Assembly: GCA_951406725.2 (NCBI GenBank)
Contig: OX597820.1
Span: 105,710,001 to 105,774,000 of the forward strand
Length of the DNA: 64,000 nucleotides
Direction of reading: 5' to 3'
From: Octopus vulgaris
Lineage: Eukaryota
This document shows positions 1-12,576 of the stretch, piece by piece. The notes under the pieces are model-generated. The model did not search any database. It was given only the letters and a program-made list of their open reading frames with translations, and was not told the origin of the DNA. How positions within the stretch are numbered: the first letter of the stretch is position 1; each line of letters starts with the position of its first letter. The translations under genes were made by a program, and so were the position numbers.

Positions 1-5
1 ACACA

Positions 6-18
6 TAGATAGATAGAT

Positions 19-50
<32 letters not shown>

Positions 51-51
51 T

Positions 52-115
<64 letters not shown>
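6..115. repeat. (GATA)n/(GACA)n microsatellite
   Basis: Directly visible tandem tetranucleotides. Confidence 0.95.
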
Positions 116-116
<1 letters not shown>

Positions 117-239
117 GCATACACATTAGGTTAGAGGGAAAGACATGTTACATTTTAAGATGGATAAGGAACAAATGTGTCTTTGGCCTTAATTGATATA
201 TTTAATCAAGATAACATGTCGCCTCATTATTGAAAACAT

Positions 240-980
240 AAGCTCATCTATTTGTCAAATTGTTGATCCCTTGGGTGTGAAATTTTTCTGGCTTTGAAGC
301 AAAGGAGCACTTCATATCATTTTTAACCTTTTCACAACTAATGAACTGTTTTTTTTCTAATTAATCCCGCAATGATCTGAAAAGATGATAGTCAAATTGA
401 ACAAGGTCAAGAGGCAAAACTTGCATATTTAGTGCTATAATCTTGTTTTGAGTTACTTGGGCAATATGTTGTCTTGCATTATCGCATAAGAGCAATAAAC
501 TTTTATGATTAACTAATGATGGGCACTTTTCCAGCAAATTTCTATGCAGTACTTCCATTTGACTACAATCCTTCTCGCATTAGCTGTTTTATTTTAGTTA
601 AACACTTCATGATAGATGACACCATTCATATCCCACCAAACACTGAACATAACTGTTTCAGAGCAGTACTGGTTTGTGGATGGATTCTTGTTTTCATTGG
701 ATGCTACTCATTGTTGTTTTCATTGGATATGGTTATAGAGGACCCACTTTTCATCACTATTCAGGAAAAGTTCAATAGCAAGTCTGCTCTTGAATGACAA
801 ACAGAGGGCAACACTTTGATTAAACTGTCAGCCAGTAAGATGATGAGGGATCCACCGATCAGGTTTAGCTGTTCTTCTTAGTTCACAAGCATGTTTTATG
901 ATTGAAGTGTGACTTCGATTGAACTGTTTAGCTAATTCTCATGCAATATGCTTGAGCTTTTCCTCAACTACAATTTTCAG
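240..980 (-). pseudogene. Decayed mariner transposase fragment
   Basis: Minus strand encodes SDEKWVLYN (~735-760), VMFSVWWDMNGVIYHE (~605-655) and LLLCDNARQH...FDYHLFRSL (ORF 361-558), all mariner DD34D motifs; frameshifted. Ends approximate. Confidence 0.85.
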
Positions 981-1465
981 AAGTTCGATATGGGTAGAAT
1001 TTGGGTAACCAGATTGAGGGAAATTTACAAGAGAGAAAAAAAATATATGTGGTGATTAGTTTGAAGCAAATTAGCATTCAACAATTCACATTTTTAAAAT
1101 TTGCAATGCTCAACTTATACTAAATTTTAGTAATTATTTGTTTGCTCTTTGAGATTTCTATTAGCAGAAAGTTTGTATCATATAAACTAAGGATGCTCTC
1201 AGCCGGCTTTAGTATCAAAAGGGTTAAAGTGAAGCTTGAAAGATTAGAAGAATTTCTTTTCCTGAGATCAAGCCCAATAATTGATTATCTCACTCCACAT
1301 CATCCTACACTAGATTTTCAAATAAAGTTGTTTCATTCATTCTTACCCAGTTGAAACTGAGATATCATATTTGCTCTTTTCATAAATTTTCTTCTTTTCT
1401 GTTTATGTACATAAATTTTTTTTAAAAGGATGGGGGCATCGAAATAAGGTAAAAAATGACAGACA

Positions 1466-2050
1466 CAGGCAAAGCTATATGGTTATGAAACTTGTCTTGC
1501 AGCTACAAGGTTTTGCATTTTGGCCCATTGCAAAGTAACTTGAGCAAGGTCTTCTACTGTAAAATTGGGCTGACAAATGCTTTGTGAATGGATTTGGAAG
1601 ATTGAAACTGTATGGAAGCTTTCAGTTCTATATTTAAGAGATGAGTAATTATGCACATTATTTACAATTGATGGATATTTGTCCTCATCTTGTTTGTTGT
1701 TAACACAACGTTACAGCCCATGGCATAGTGGTTAAGAGTGCGGCTACTAACCCCAAGATTCCGAGTTCAATTCCAGGCAGTGACCTGAATAATAATAATA
1801 ATGATAATAATAATAATAATAACAACAACAACATCGAAAAATACCTGTATGGAAGCCTGTCGTATATAGGAGTGTGTGTGTGTCTGTGTTTGTAGCCCCT
1901 ACAGTTATACAACCTCTTTTGGTTTGTTTACGTCCTGATGGCATTGCAGTTTAACAAAGGAGATCAATAGAATATGGAACAGACTTTATAAAAACGTAAA
2001 TGGTATTGGGGGTTAATTTGTTTGACTAAAATCTTCAAGCTGGTATTCCA
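1466..2050 (+). mobile_element. Degenerate tRNA-derived SINE (same family as 58254-58668), interrupted by other inserts at ~1630-1845
   Basis: Degenerate match to the family motifs gagcaagg-tcttctact...gtgaatggatttgg...gaaactg and to the tail of the other copies. Confidence 0.6.
1717..1835 (+). mobile_element. Short tRNA-derived SINE with (AAT)n/(AAC)n tail
   Basis: A box TGGCATAGTGG, anticodon-like arm, B box GAGTTCAATTCC, then a simple-repeat tail; no intact acceptor stem. Confidence 0.7.
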
Positions 2051-2187
2051 GAAATTGCCAATGATTGTAAAAAATAAAAGATATATACCTACGCACATAG
2101 ACATATGCATGTGTGTGTGTGTGTATTTGTATATGTGTATATGCATGTGTGTGGGTGTGTGCGTGCGCACACACACACACACAGAGC

Positions 2188-2427
2188 TTAAAGTAGTGAT
2201 GAAAAGCAAACAATTAGTCAAAGCAGGTCAAGGACATTTGATTTCATTTAATTTTGATTTAAACATTTAGCTACATAACAAATGGTAAAAATAGTGCAAA
2301 AATATTACACATTAGTTTGTACTATTTTTACCATTTGTTATGAAGCTAAATTTTTAAATTCAATTGAATGAAATCAAATGTCCTTGACCTGCTTTGACTA
2401 ATTGTTTGCTTTTCATCTCTACTTTAA
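2188..2427. repeat. Inverted repeat, ~112-bp arms (2188-2300 / 2316-2427), ~15-nt loop
   Basis: ttaaagtagtgatgaaaagcaaacaattagtcaaagcagg... is reverse-complemented by ...cctgctttgactaattgtttgcttttcatctctactttaa. Confidence 0.9.
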
Positions 2428-2683
2428 CCTATATCTACTGACTCAAAGGGAGGCCACCATTAGCTGTTTTTGAACAAGACACACCTATTTGATCACTCAG
2501 AACACATAGCTATCAGTTTGAATCATCTTAATCAAAACTCCTCTCACTTTCTTCCCTTCTTTCTATGCTGCTTTCTGTCTCATTCTTTTGCCTTCCCTGT
2601 CTGCCCTCTACCAACTTTACTCCTCCTAATACAGACATGTGACTTGTGGTCATCGCCTTGTCTTCATTTTCATGCTGGCTGCC

Positions 2684-2904
2684 TGGTATTGGGGGTTAAT
2701 TTGTTTGACTAAAATCTTCAAGCTGGTATTCCAGAAATTGCCAATGATTGTAAAAAATAAAAGATATATACCTACGCACATAGACATATGCATGTGTGTG
2801 TGTGTGGGTGTGTGCGTGCGCACACACACACACACAGAGCTTAAAGTAGTGATGAAAAGCAAACAGTTAATCAAAGCAGGTCAAGGACATTTGATTTCAT
2901 TTAA
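2684..2904 (+). repeat. Direct duplicate of 2001-2251
   Basis: Near-identical text from tggtattggggg to gatttcatttaa, with a shorter internal microsatellite. Confidence 0.9.
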
Positions 2905-3014
2905 CACGAAAGTTATATTTTCTCTCATTTTGCCTTCTATTCACCTTTCACTGTCTCTCTGCTAATCTTCAAAAAGACCTGTACTTCACAGTAGAAGTGT
3001 TAAGACCGGTCCTT

Positions 3015-3210
3015 CTGGTGGCAGTGCCATGTAAAAGCACTCAGTACACTCTGTAAAGTGGTTGGTGTTAGGAAGGGTGTCTGGCCGTAGAAACCATGCT
3101 AAATCAAACTGGAGTGTTATGCAGCCTTCCAGCTTGCCAGCCCTGGTCAAACCATCCAACTCATGCTAGCATGGACAACGGACTTTAAATGCTGATGATG
3201 TTGATGACGA
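3015..3210 (+). mobile_element. RTE 3'-end-like repeat with (GAT)n tail
   Basis: ggttggtgttaggaagggt...gtagaaacc...gctagcatgg...gatgatg; the same motif follows the RTE ORF at 14400-14950. Confidence 0.7.
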
Positions 3211-3233
3211 TATATGCATGTGTGTGTGTGTGT

Positions 3234-3287
<54 letters not shown>

Positions 3288-3347
3288 TTTTTGCATAATG
3301 AGATAAAAAAAACAAGGCTGTGTAGATATTAGAACATTTATTCATAG

Positions 3348-3399
3348 GCCTTACAGCTGTTTCCAGGATATTTATTAATTATATCCCTTCATCGGAGAC
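3348..3399 (-). ncRNA. Minimal type-I hammerhead-like motif (U4C variant) in a (TA)n-flanked module
   Basis: Minus strand: gtct CCGATGA ag ggatat..atatcc tg GAA ACAGCTGT A aggc; palindromic stem III, GUA site. Confidence 0.55.
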
Positions 3400-3453
3400 G
3401 ATGAGCACTCATTCACCATTACCTGACACCTTTGGGTCTCAATAACACCATTA

Positions 3454-3505
<52 letters not shown>

Positions 3506-3508
<3 letters not shown>

Positions 3509-3846
3509 GAAAAATACAAACTGGGACAAGAACGTAAAACATTTAGAAGACGATACAAAAAACACGGACGGGACATTCGAAGCCTTCAATCTTCAGTCAA
3601 GAACCGGATCATACTACCAATTTCGGCTGATTAATCTTGAGATCGCTCCGATCTGGCCAGCCCCAAGGAAAAACTAAGCTATGAGCATTAGATTTCTTGG
3701 AAGAAGGATCGAATGTATACGAAACAGGGACAGAAAAACGGACGATACCACACGAATATAAAATACAAAAAACAATAATGGTAAAAACAGGACAAAAACA
3801 GCGGGTGTCTTACGACTAATAAACAGTACAACAAGTTTAGCTGGCG
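3506..3846. repeat. Dispersed ~340-bp microsatellite-flanked repeat (copies at 18497-18842 and partial 42146-42260), probably Penelope pLTR-derived
   Basis: Three copies are visible in the window; the Penelope origin is inference. Confidence 0.75.
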
Positions 3847-3882
<36 letters not shown>

Positions 3883-4207
3883 CTAGCAGTATCGCCCGGC
3901 GTTGCTCGGGTTTGTAAGGGAAATAACTATAAAGCATTTTTAGAGAGTTATAGCCAAAAAATAGCAAAAAAATGCATTAAAAATGGAAAAAAAATGATGG
4001 TAAATTTTTTTTTTAAATCGTTGACTCATCGTAGACATTTTTAGAGAGTTACCTCCCTTATATAATAGCGAAAAAATGATGGTAAATTATTTTTTAAATC
4101 GTAGACTCATCGTAGATGCACCGCAAAACTGCACCGCAAAATGTGGGAGTAGTTAGGAATCTAAATCGTAGGAGACAGACACACAACCTTACTTTTATAT
4201 ATAAAGA
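3883..4207 (-). mobile_element. Non-autonomous Helitron (family A)
   Basis: Minus strand starts TCTTTATATATAAAAG and ends hairpin cccg-agcaacgc-cggg + gatactgCTAG; no TSD. Confidence 0.85.
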
Positions 4208-4713
4208 CTAGCAGTATCGCCCGGCGTTGCTCGGGTTTGTAAGGGAAATAACTATATAAGCATTTTTAGAGAGTTACTTTCCTTATAGATGCCAATTCGG
4301 GCTTTCTTAGCCATTTCTGTTTTGGTGTCTTCAAGCCATGAAGTCGTTCTAAAAGAACGCTGGTCTCCTTGACAACGCATTACGACGTTGATTTCTTTAC
4401 ACTCCCTTCCCCATAGCTTCACGAGGGAGGGAAGGGGAGAAGCAAACAGGTGCAGCTGTGAGCGTGGACGCCAACTCCGCCGCCATCGACACACGAAAAA
4501 TTATGCATTAAAATGGAATAAAAAATGATGTTAAATTATTTTTAAAATCGTAGACTCATCGTTGACGCGCGCTAGTAGCCAGACGGGCTCGATATGAATC
4601 ACGACTATAAGATACCCGAATTTGGTTAAACTGCACCGCAAAATGTGGGAGGAGTTAGGAATCTAAATCGAAGGGGACAGACACTCACACAACTACAGTT
4701 TTATATATATAGA
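4208..4713 (-). mobile_element. Non-autonomous Helitron (family A variant), head-to-tail with 3883-4207
   Basis: 5' TCTATATATATAAAAC, same 3' hairpin + CTAG abutting the TC of the neighbour. Confidence 0.8.
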
Positions 4714-5026
4714 TATATATATCCAACAAATGCAGTATCAACAACACGTGGGTGTTCTGTTAGAACAAACTATATTGTAGTTGTTACCATGAGAGAAACT
4801 GACTGTTTTTTTTAGTGCAAAATGCACTCTTGTTTACATCACTAGTGAGGTGGGGGAGATAAATCCGTGCAGCACCCAGCACCGAGACCACCAGACCCTG
4901 CTAGCAAAATAAACACGAATATATTTTGTCTCAAAAAAGCCAATAAGAGAATTTGTATCAAGGTAACTATCACAGTGTAGTTGGTTCCATCAGAACACTT
5001 ACGTTTAAGTGGGGATAAATATATAT

Positions 5027-5426
5027 TCTTTTACTTGTTTCAGTCAACTGAACGCTGCCATGCTGGAGTGCCACCTTAAAGGGTGTTAGTTGACCCCAGG
5101 ACTTATTCTTTGTAAGCCTAGTACTTATTCTATCGGCCTCTCTGCTGAACCACTAAGTTATGGGAACACAAACACACCAGCATTGGTTGTCAAGCGATGA
5201 CAGGGGGTGGGTGGACAAACACAGACACACACACATAAATACATACATATATACTATATATATGACGGGCTTCTTCCAATTTCCGTCTACTAAATCGACT
5301 CACAAGGCTTTAGTTGGCCTGTGGTTATAGTAGGAGACACTTGCCAAAGGTGACATGCAATGGGACTGAACCCAGAGCCATGTGGTTGGGAAGCAAGCTT
5401 CTCATTACACAGCCACGCCTGCGCCT
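5027..5426 (-). mobile_element. tRNA-derived SINE, full length
   Basis: Head ggcgtggctgtgt...gggttcagtcccattgc, core ttgggcaagtgtc, tail gaaacaagtaaaaga; many copies in the window. Confidence 0.85.
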
Positions 5427-5494
5427 ATATATGTATTTTTTTTATCTTGGCCAGTATGTGTTTACGTGTGTGCGCGCGCGCGCCAGTTTGTGTT

Positions 5495-5530
<36 letters not shown>

Positions 5531-5960
5531 ATGTGTGCTTTTTAAACCTTATATACAAATCGAAATTGAAAGTAAACGCCCAGCACGCAGTTACATTATT
5601 ATATTCAGTTTCATATCCTTCTTGACACTCTGAAAGACGTCATATCCTTCTTGACACTCTGAAAGATTCGAGGTAAGTGACTCTTAAGTATTTATGTTAT
5701 ATTTTAACAATGAATCTAAATACACGTCGGACATACAAGAGGGGCTTGCAGCTGGTTGGTACCTTGAACTTCAGTCCATGGATCCATGCTTGTGAATATC
5801 TGATAGGCCCATCTAAAACAAAAACAAAAACAAAAACGAATAAACTTGAGAGCCTCCTTCGATTTTGGGACTGGAGTTAGTGCTTTGGAGCAAAAATAGT
5901 CTTGTTCCAACTTGCAGCCTTTCTCTCGGAGTCACTGAATATACATTTGTTAAATTTTGG

Positions 5961-6384
5961 GCATCTTTTCGGTTTGAACGGCAGTTTTTTCTAGAGGTGT
6001 CATATGAAATTGTCACCCATAATTATGACCCAAGAATCGATCTATTGTATTTCAATCTGTTTTAGGATTAAGGTTAGGGTTAGGGTTAGGGGAAAGGGTA
6101 TCTTTTTTCTTCACAAATGTAAATAAACCCAATCTGTTTCTTAAACGAGGGACGTATTCATACGGCACAGAATGCTTTTTAACTCAATAGACGTCATTGA
6201 TTGGTTGAAATTGCAGAAATTGAAGAAAAAAATACAACAAATATCTTACAAACTATAGAATTTTCTCAATAAAGCCAAGAGAAAAAGATGTTTTATAAAC
6301 ACATTCTACCAGTATACGAAGTTTAAAAGTGTTTAGTTACGTGGAAATTACTTTTAAAAACTGCCGTTCAAACCGAAAAGATCC
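5961..6384. mobile_element. MITE with ~29-bp TIRs G(G/C)ATCTTTTCGGTTTGAACGGCAG and 8-bp TSD; internal TTAGGG repeats
   Basis: TIRs visible; flanks aattttgg / aatttttg (7 of 8 match); second copy at 34900-35297. Confidence 0.85.
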
Positions 6385-6627
6385 AATTTTTGAAATTTAT
6401 ATAATCATACTGTGCTGGTACCTTCTACCGTATTTTTTTGGCATATAAGTCTTTTTTTTTCTTTTTTTTTTTTTCAGACCAAAATTTACAGCGAATAACA
6501 GGTAGGTCAACTTATACATTGAGATGACTTTGGAGGACCAAAAATTCTATGTGAAATGCAGTTGGATTAAGGAAGATAGTGCCCAAGTTTGAATGTTTAC
6601 GTTGCATGTTTACACTAAATATCACAG

Positions 6628-7835
6628 TTGTATACCCCACCGACTTTGTTGCCTCATAACTTGCAGGAAGATAGATACTTTGTAACGAAACTTTCAGCAA
6701 AAATCCCTTAGATCCTGTAGATTGAGTGTATGTAAAGATTTGTTGCAAAAAATTATTCCGATGGGTTGGGGAGAGGAGTTTTGAAAATTTACACGACCCG
6801 ACATTTTTCCCCTCGTAATTTTCAGGAAAATGGGTATCTTTTAATGAAATTTTATACAAATACCTTTCAAACGGTGTAGATTGTTTTCGGTTAAAAAAAA
6901 ATTTTAATGTGTGATTTAAGGGAGACTTTGGCTGTTGTTTCTAGCACAGCCCGAGGAAGTCTTTCCAAAACCACTCTGGATAAATCCCAGCAATAATCTT
7001 CCAATATTTTATAATTATATTGACAGAAACAATCGGGAGCAGAGAGTGGGGCTTAAAACACCACGAATTTTCAAATTTTTCTTCTTTTTATAGCAAAATA
7101 ATAGGGAAAATATTGAAAAACATCAATACATATTTGAGTGAGAAAAAAACGAGGGTGGTCTTGCACTGTGCTAGAAACAACAGCCAAATCTCCCTTAAAC
7201 CACACACATTTTCCTCTGAAAAGATTAAATTTTTTTTATTAACCGAAATGATTACGCCCATGTTTCTTAAGTGCGTAGGAAAAAAAAAGAAAGAAAAAGA
7301 ATTGGCCAAAATCGGTCTGGACCTTGTTGGTGAGGAGGTGGCAGAATTGAAAAAAAATCATAAATTTTCAAAATTCTTTTCCTTATTTCTGAAAAGATGT
7401 CTCCCATCATTTTGAAGATTGCGTTGAAAAAAGAAATAGGAAAAACTCCCCGTCAAAACAGAGAAATTCCAATTTATGTGGGCCGTCGGATCCAAAACTC
7501 CATTTTCGAGAAACTCCTCTCCCTCCTTCTTCCAAAAGATTTTGACTACAAATTTCTTTGTAATCGTAATTTACTCCGTTTGAAAGGTATTTGTATAAAA
7601 TTTCACTAAAAAATACTCATTTTCCTGAAAGTTATGAGGAGGAAAATGTCAGGTGGTGTGAATTTTCCGAAACTCCTCTCCCCAACGGAAAAAGTTAAGC
7701 ACCAAATCTTTCCATATACTCAATCTACAGGATCCGAGCGATTATTTGTCGAAAGTTTTGTAAAAAAAGTATCTATTTTCTGGAAGTTATCAGGTAACAA
7801 AGTCGGGTGGGTATACATCTGTAGTTATACCCGTG
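6628..7835. mobile_element. Foldback-like element with ~250-bp imperfect inverted arms (~6628-6885 vs ~7575-7835)
   Basis: cccaccgactttgtt...gatcctgtagattgagt...atacctttcaaacgg is mirrored; related pieces at 8095-8245 and 63245-63360. Confidence 0.65.
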
Positions 7836-8827
7836 ATTAGTGATATATAGTAAATAGAAAAAGGTTTTTAAAAAGATCCCATGTATCATGGTGAGAGACA
7901 AATTCATAAAGACGGTGTTGAATATGGTTTCTCTGTGGAAGAAAGTTAAGGGCGATTTAGCTGTGGTTTCTACCGTTGGGATCTTTTTAAAAACATTTTT
8001 CTTTAATCAAGCGAAAAAAAATGAATCTAAAAATTTCTTTCCAAACTTTTTCCATTACACTCAAGTGAAAAAATTATTTATGAATTTTTTTCTCTTCGAA
8101 AAAATTTTTCCCCACAAATTTCTTTATAATCGTAATCTATACCGTTTGAAAGGTATTTATATAAAATTTCATCAAAAGATATCCATTTTCCTAAAAGTTA
8201 AGAGGGGAAAAAATCGTATCTTGTGAATTTTCCGAAAGTCCTCTCCTCCCCCCCTCCCGCCCCCGTTTCGTTGGCGCAAATTTTTGTTTTTATATTCGTT
8301 TAATACACGTTTTTTTTCTATCTATTAAACTTGTTTTTTTTTCTTTTTGGCTTTGGTGGCCGGGTGTTAAAGTAAACATAAACCAAAAAGTTCTTCAAGG
8401 TAGTGCTCCAGCATGGCCCCAGCTTAATGACTGAAACAAGTAAAAGATATATATACATACCACACACATGTACACACACACAAATATTCTTATGCAATCG
8501 TTTTCTATTTGACAGCATGAAGATTTTTCAAAAGATCATTGGATCGTTACACATACAATTTTGAGGTAATACAATATCTATTTTCCTTTGTTTTTATTCA
8601 TTGACTTCCTTAAGTAACTTTTCCACTCATCAGGCCGAAGGCACCTTATTTAAATGACGGTTACATTGCCGTCAAGGGATCCCGAGTTAACTTGCAGGAG
8701 ATGCGACTTAAAATATATAATATTTCGGCACCAGTTCAATTGCGCTCCTTTATTATCAGTCAGTCGGTTAAATATCTATCCAACTAACTAATCGATCGTC
8801 TTTTTAACTTTTTTAAACAGTCGATCT

Positions 8828-8875
8828 TTACTACTACTACTACTACTGCTACTGCTGCTGTTGCTGCTGTTGCTG

Positions 8876-8952
<77 letters not shown>
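8828..8952. repeat. (TAC)n/(TGC)n microsatellite
   Basis: Directly visible. Confidence 0.95.
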
Positions 8953-8953
<1 letters not shown>

Positions 8954-9043
8954 GCATGTTTTTCAGTGACTAATCTGTCCCAGTATTCTCCAGAACTTTG
9001 TTGCTTGTATGTGCGTTTGTAAGTGCGAGTAGTCTGAAAAATT

Positions 9044-9230
9044 GGATTTTTACCTTTTGACCAACAGATTTTTAAAATAATTTTTTGTAATTAAACACTT
9101 TCAAACTTCGGACACTGGTAGAATGTGTCATTTAAAACATCTTTTACTCTTAACATTTTGGAGAAAAGCTTATATTTAGGAAGTTATTTCACGTTAAAGT
9201 AGTCCTATTTCGGTAATTTCAACCAATCAA
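9044..9230. mobile_element. Truncated arm of a GGAT-family MITE
   Basis: Shares ctggtagaatgtgtca...caaccaatcaatg with 5961-6384 and 28000-28110. Confidence 0.6.
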
Positions 9231-10831
9231 TGCATTATGTGGTCGGTTGAGCTGAAAATATGCACACATATGTTAAAAGTGCTGGCGAGTTTGCATGGCA
9301 ACTATTTTTTTCCTCAAATGAAAGGCGTGACCTCTAGGACAATATTCCTCATCTTATAAAATGTGGCCCGAGTAGACCCGAGTGAAATCGGGTTATATTA
9401 ACCAAAACGTGAAAAGGGGTCTAAATGGGGCTGGAAGGGGATTAAAATTTACAGGAGCGGGTGTTTAGGAATTCTCTGTTATATCAAGCTAAAAAATTTG
9501 CGCCAGCCTTTAAATCGTCAATGTGTTGCCGTCCATGATGAAGAAGTTTTGAATGCTTGCCATGGTGAGTCTACTGTCGTGAGAAAGATAGAGAGTAAGA
9601 GAAAGCGAGGGAAAGTCTACTATCTTTCCCCCGCCGCCTTCACCAGCGCTGTCACTCTCTTTCTCTCTCTCTATGTCTGTCTGCATGATAGCGAGAATTA
9701 TCATCGCAACCACCACCACACAATCATGAGAACAAATATATATTATGAATCAGATATTTATTGGGTTAATTTATATATGTGTGTGTGTGTGTGTTCTATA
9801 TATAAATATGTATATATACAAAGTGTATATATCTGTATTTATATATATATACAATTTGTATACATTTATATATATAATGCGTACACACACGCACACACAT
9901 ATATATATATATAAATAATGCGTATATATGTACTTATATATATATAATGTGTGCATTATGTGGTTGGTTGAGCTGAAAATATGCACACATATGTTAAAAG
10001 TGCTGGCGAGTTTGCATGGCAACTATTTTTTTCCTCAAATGAAAGGCCTATAGGACAAAATTACTCATCTTATAAAATGTGGCCCTATTAGACCCGAATG
10101 AAATCGGGTTATATTAACCAAAGTATGAAAAGGAGTCTAAATGGGGCTGGAAGGGGATTAAAATTTACAGGAGCGGGTGTTTAGGAATTCTCTGTTACAT
10201 GAAGCTAAAATATTTGCACCAGCCTTTTAAATCATCAATGTGTTGCCGTCCATAATGAAGAAGTTTTGAATGCTTGCCATGGTGAGTCTACTGTCGTGAG
10301 AAAAAATTACTTCAAAACTTGGTGTTTAGGAATTTTCTTTTACATCAAGTTCAAAATTTTACGCCAGCCGTTAAACTGCCACTACGTTGCTGTCCTTCGT
10401 TAAGAAATGCCAGCCATGGTGACTCTACTATCTTCAGATTCCATCCCTTCAAACTTTGTTTTCCAATATTTTTTTTTTCAGCTCGCAAGTTCGTCTGTCC
10501 CTTTTAAATGTTAGTGTTTTGCTTTCTGCCTTGAAGCAGACCTTTCCGTTGTCACTGCCTGATATTTATGATTGATCTTTCAAACTAGTTTCTTTCTCAA
10601 CTTACTCAAGATCTTTTGTTGTTTATAAATGGGAGAGAGAGAGATAGAGAAAGATAGAGAGTAAGAGAAAGCGAGGGAGAGTCCGAGAGAAAGGAAGAGT
10701 AAGAGAGTGGGAAAGTGAGAGAGAAAAGAGAGAGAAACAAAGAGGGAGAATTTGGTGATAAAAAACAGAAAGGAAGCAACAGAAAGTAACAACCACACTC
10801 TTACCCGCGCGTAGAGCGGGCCTTCAGCTAG
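9230..10831 (+). mobile_element. Non-autonomous Helitron (family B), 5'-truncated, with internal ~350-bp duplication
   Basis: Ends cccgc-gcgtaga-gcggg ccttcagCTAG; 9230-9584 repeats at 9950-10300; body matches 10832-12569. Confidence 0.75.
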
Positions 10832-11570
10832 TCTCTATTTATAAAACTGAAATGCGAAAAGTTTGTTTGTCTGGTTTTGGCATTGAGAACGGGTTAAAGG
10901 CCACTAGATCCCGTCAGATTGACTCCAAAATTTACAAGGACATGTAAAATGAGGTGAGGATGCCAGTGGGCTAGGTCAGAAATCCCTATCTTAAAAGGTG
11001 TCGTTGCTAGGGCCAAAAACGCACTTTGACAAGTCTACTCTCATTCTTTTATGTATCTGTCTTCCTCCGTCACTCACTCTCTTTCCTCCCATCCCATCAC
11101 TTTCTATATATAACGTCGTTAACAGCGTCGAACTCCCCTTCACTTTCTCTTTATAACGTCGTCAAACAGCGTTCTATATCTCCCCCTCCTCACTGCCTTC
11201 GACAGCGCTTTCACTCTCTCTCTCTACGTCTGTCTGCATTCATAGACAATTATCATCGCCACCATCACCACACAATCAGGAGAACAAATATTATGAATCA
11301 GATATTTATTGGGTTAATTTATATGTGTGTGTGTGTGTGTGTGTTCTATATATAAATATGTATATTAAACTTTTTAATACTTTTTGATAGTTATATATAT
11401 CTTTAAAAAAAATTATAAATATAAATTAATAATTTTAATTTTAAATTTAAATAATTAAAATTTTAAAATTTTATATTTTATATATTTTGTATATTATATT
11501 TGTATTTTTATGTTTTCGTTTATGTTTTTCACTGTTTGATTTGCCTAATAGTGGTTTTATCTCTAATTTA

Positions 11571-11611
<41 letters not shown>

Positions 11612-11634
11612 GTATACATTTGTATATAATGCGT

Positions 11635-11665
<31 letters not shown>

Positions 11666-12569
11666 ATGCGTATATATATATAATGTGTGCATTATGTGGT
11701 CGGTTGTGCAGAAAATATGCACACATATGTTAAAAGTGCTGGCGAGTTTGCATGGCAACTATTTTTTTCCTCAAATGAAAGGCGTGACCTCTAGGACAAA
11801 ATTCCTCATCTTATAAAATGTGACCCTATTAGACCCGAATGAAATCGGGTTATATTAACCAAAATGTGAAAACAGGTCTAAATGAGGCTGGAAGGGGATT
11901 AAAATTTACAGGAGCGGGTGTTTAGGAATTCTCTGTTACATGAAGCTAAAAAATTTGCGCCAGCCTTTAAATCGTCAATGTGTTGCCGTCCATGATGAAG
12001 AAGTTTTGAATGCTTGCCATGGTGAGTCTACTGTCGTGAGAAAGAATCACTTCAAAGCTTGGTGTTTAGGAATTTTCTTTTACATCAAGTTCAAAATTTT
12101 ACGCCAGCCGTTAAACTGCCACTACGTTGCTGTCCTTCGTTAAGAAATGCCAGCCATGGTGACTCTACTATCCTCAGATTCTATCCTTTCAAACTTTGGT
12201 TTCCAATATTTTATTATTTTTATTCAGCTCGCAAGTTCGTCTGTCCCTTTTAAATGTTAGTGTTTTGCTTTCTGCCTTGAAGCAGACCTTTCCGTTGTCA
12301 CTGCCTGATATTTATGATTGATCTTTCAAACTAGTTTCTTTCTCAACTTACTCAAGATCTTTTGTTGTTTATAAATGGGAGAGAGAGAGATAGATAAAGA
12401 TAGAGAGTAAGAGAAAGCGAGGGAGAGTTCGAGAGAAAGGAAGAGTAAGAGAGTGGGAAAGTGAGAGAGAAACAAAGAGGGAGAATGTGGTGATAAAAAA
12501 CAGAAAGGAAGCAACAGAAAGTAACAACCACACTCTTACCTGCGTGTAGAGCGGGTCACCTTAAGCTAG
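10832..12569 (+). mobile_element. Non-autonomous Helitron (family B), full length, head-to-tail with the previous copy
   Basis: Starts TCTCTATTTATAAAAC right after CTAG; ends hairpin + aagCTAG followed by T. Confidence 0.8.
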
Positions 12570-12576
12570 TATACAA

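Noticed and set aside
1717-1785. tRNA gene candidate
   Set aside because: Has A/B boxes but no acceptor stem and runs into an (AAT)n tail: a SINE head.
3570-3665. CTGAAGA and ggctg..cagccGAAA motifs on the minus strand
   Set aside because: Cannot be assembled into a three-way junction with correct spacing.
8620-8645. CTGATGA on the minus strand
   Set aside because: No stem II or GAAA partner; likely chance.
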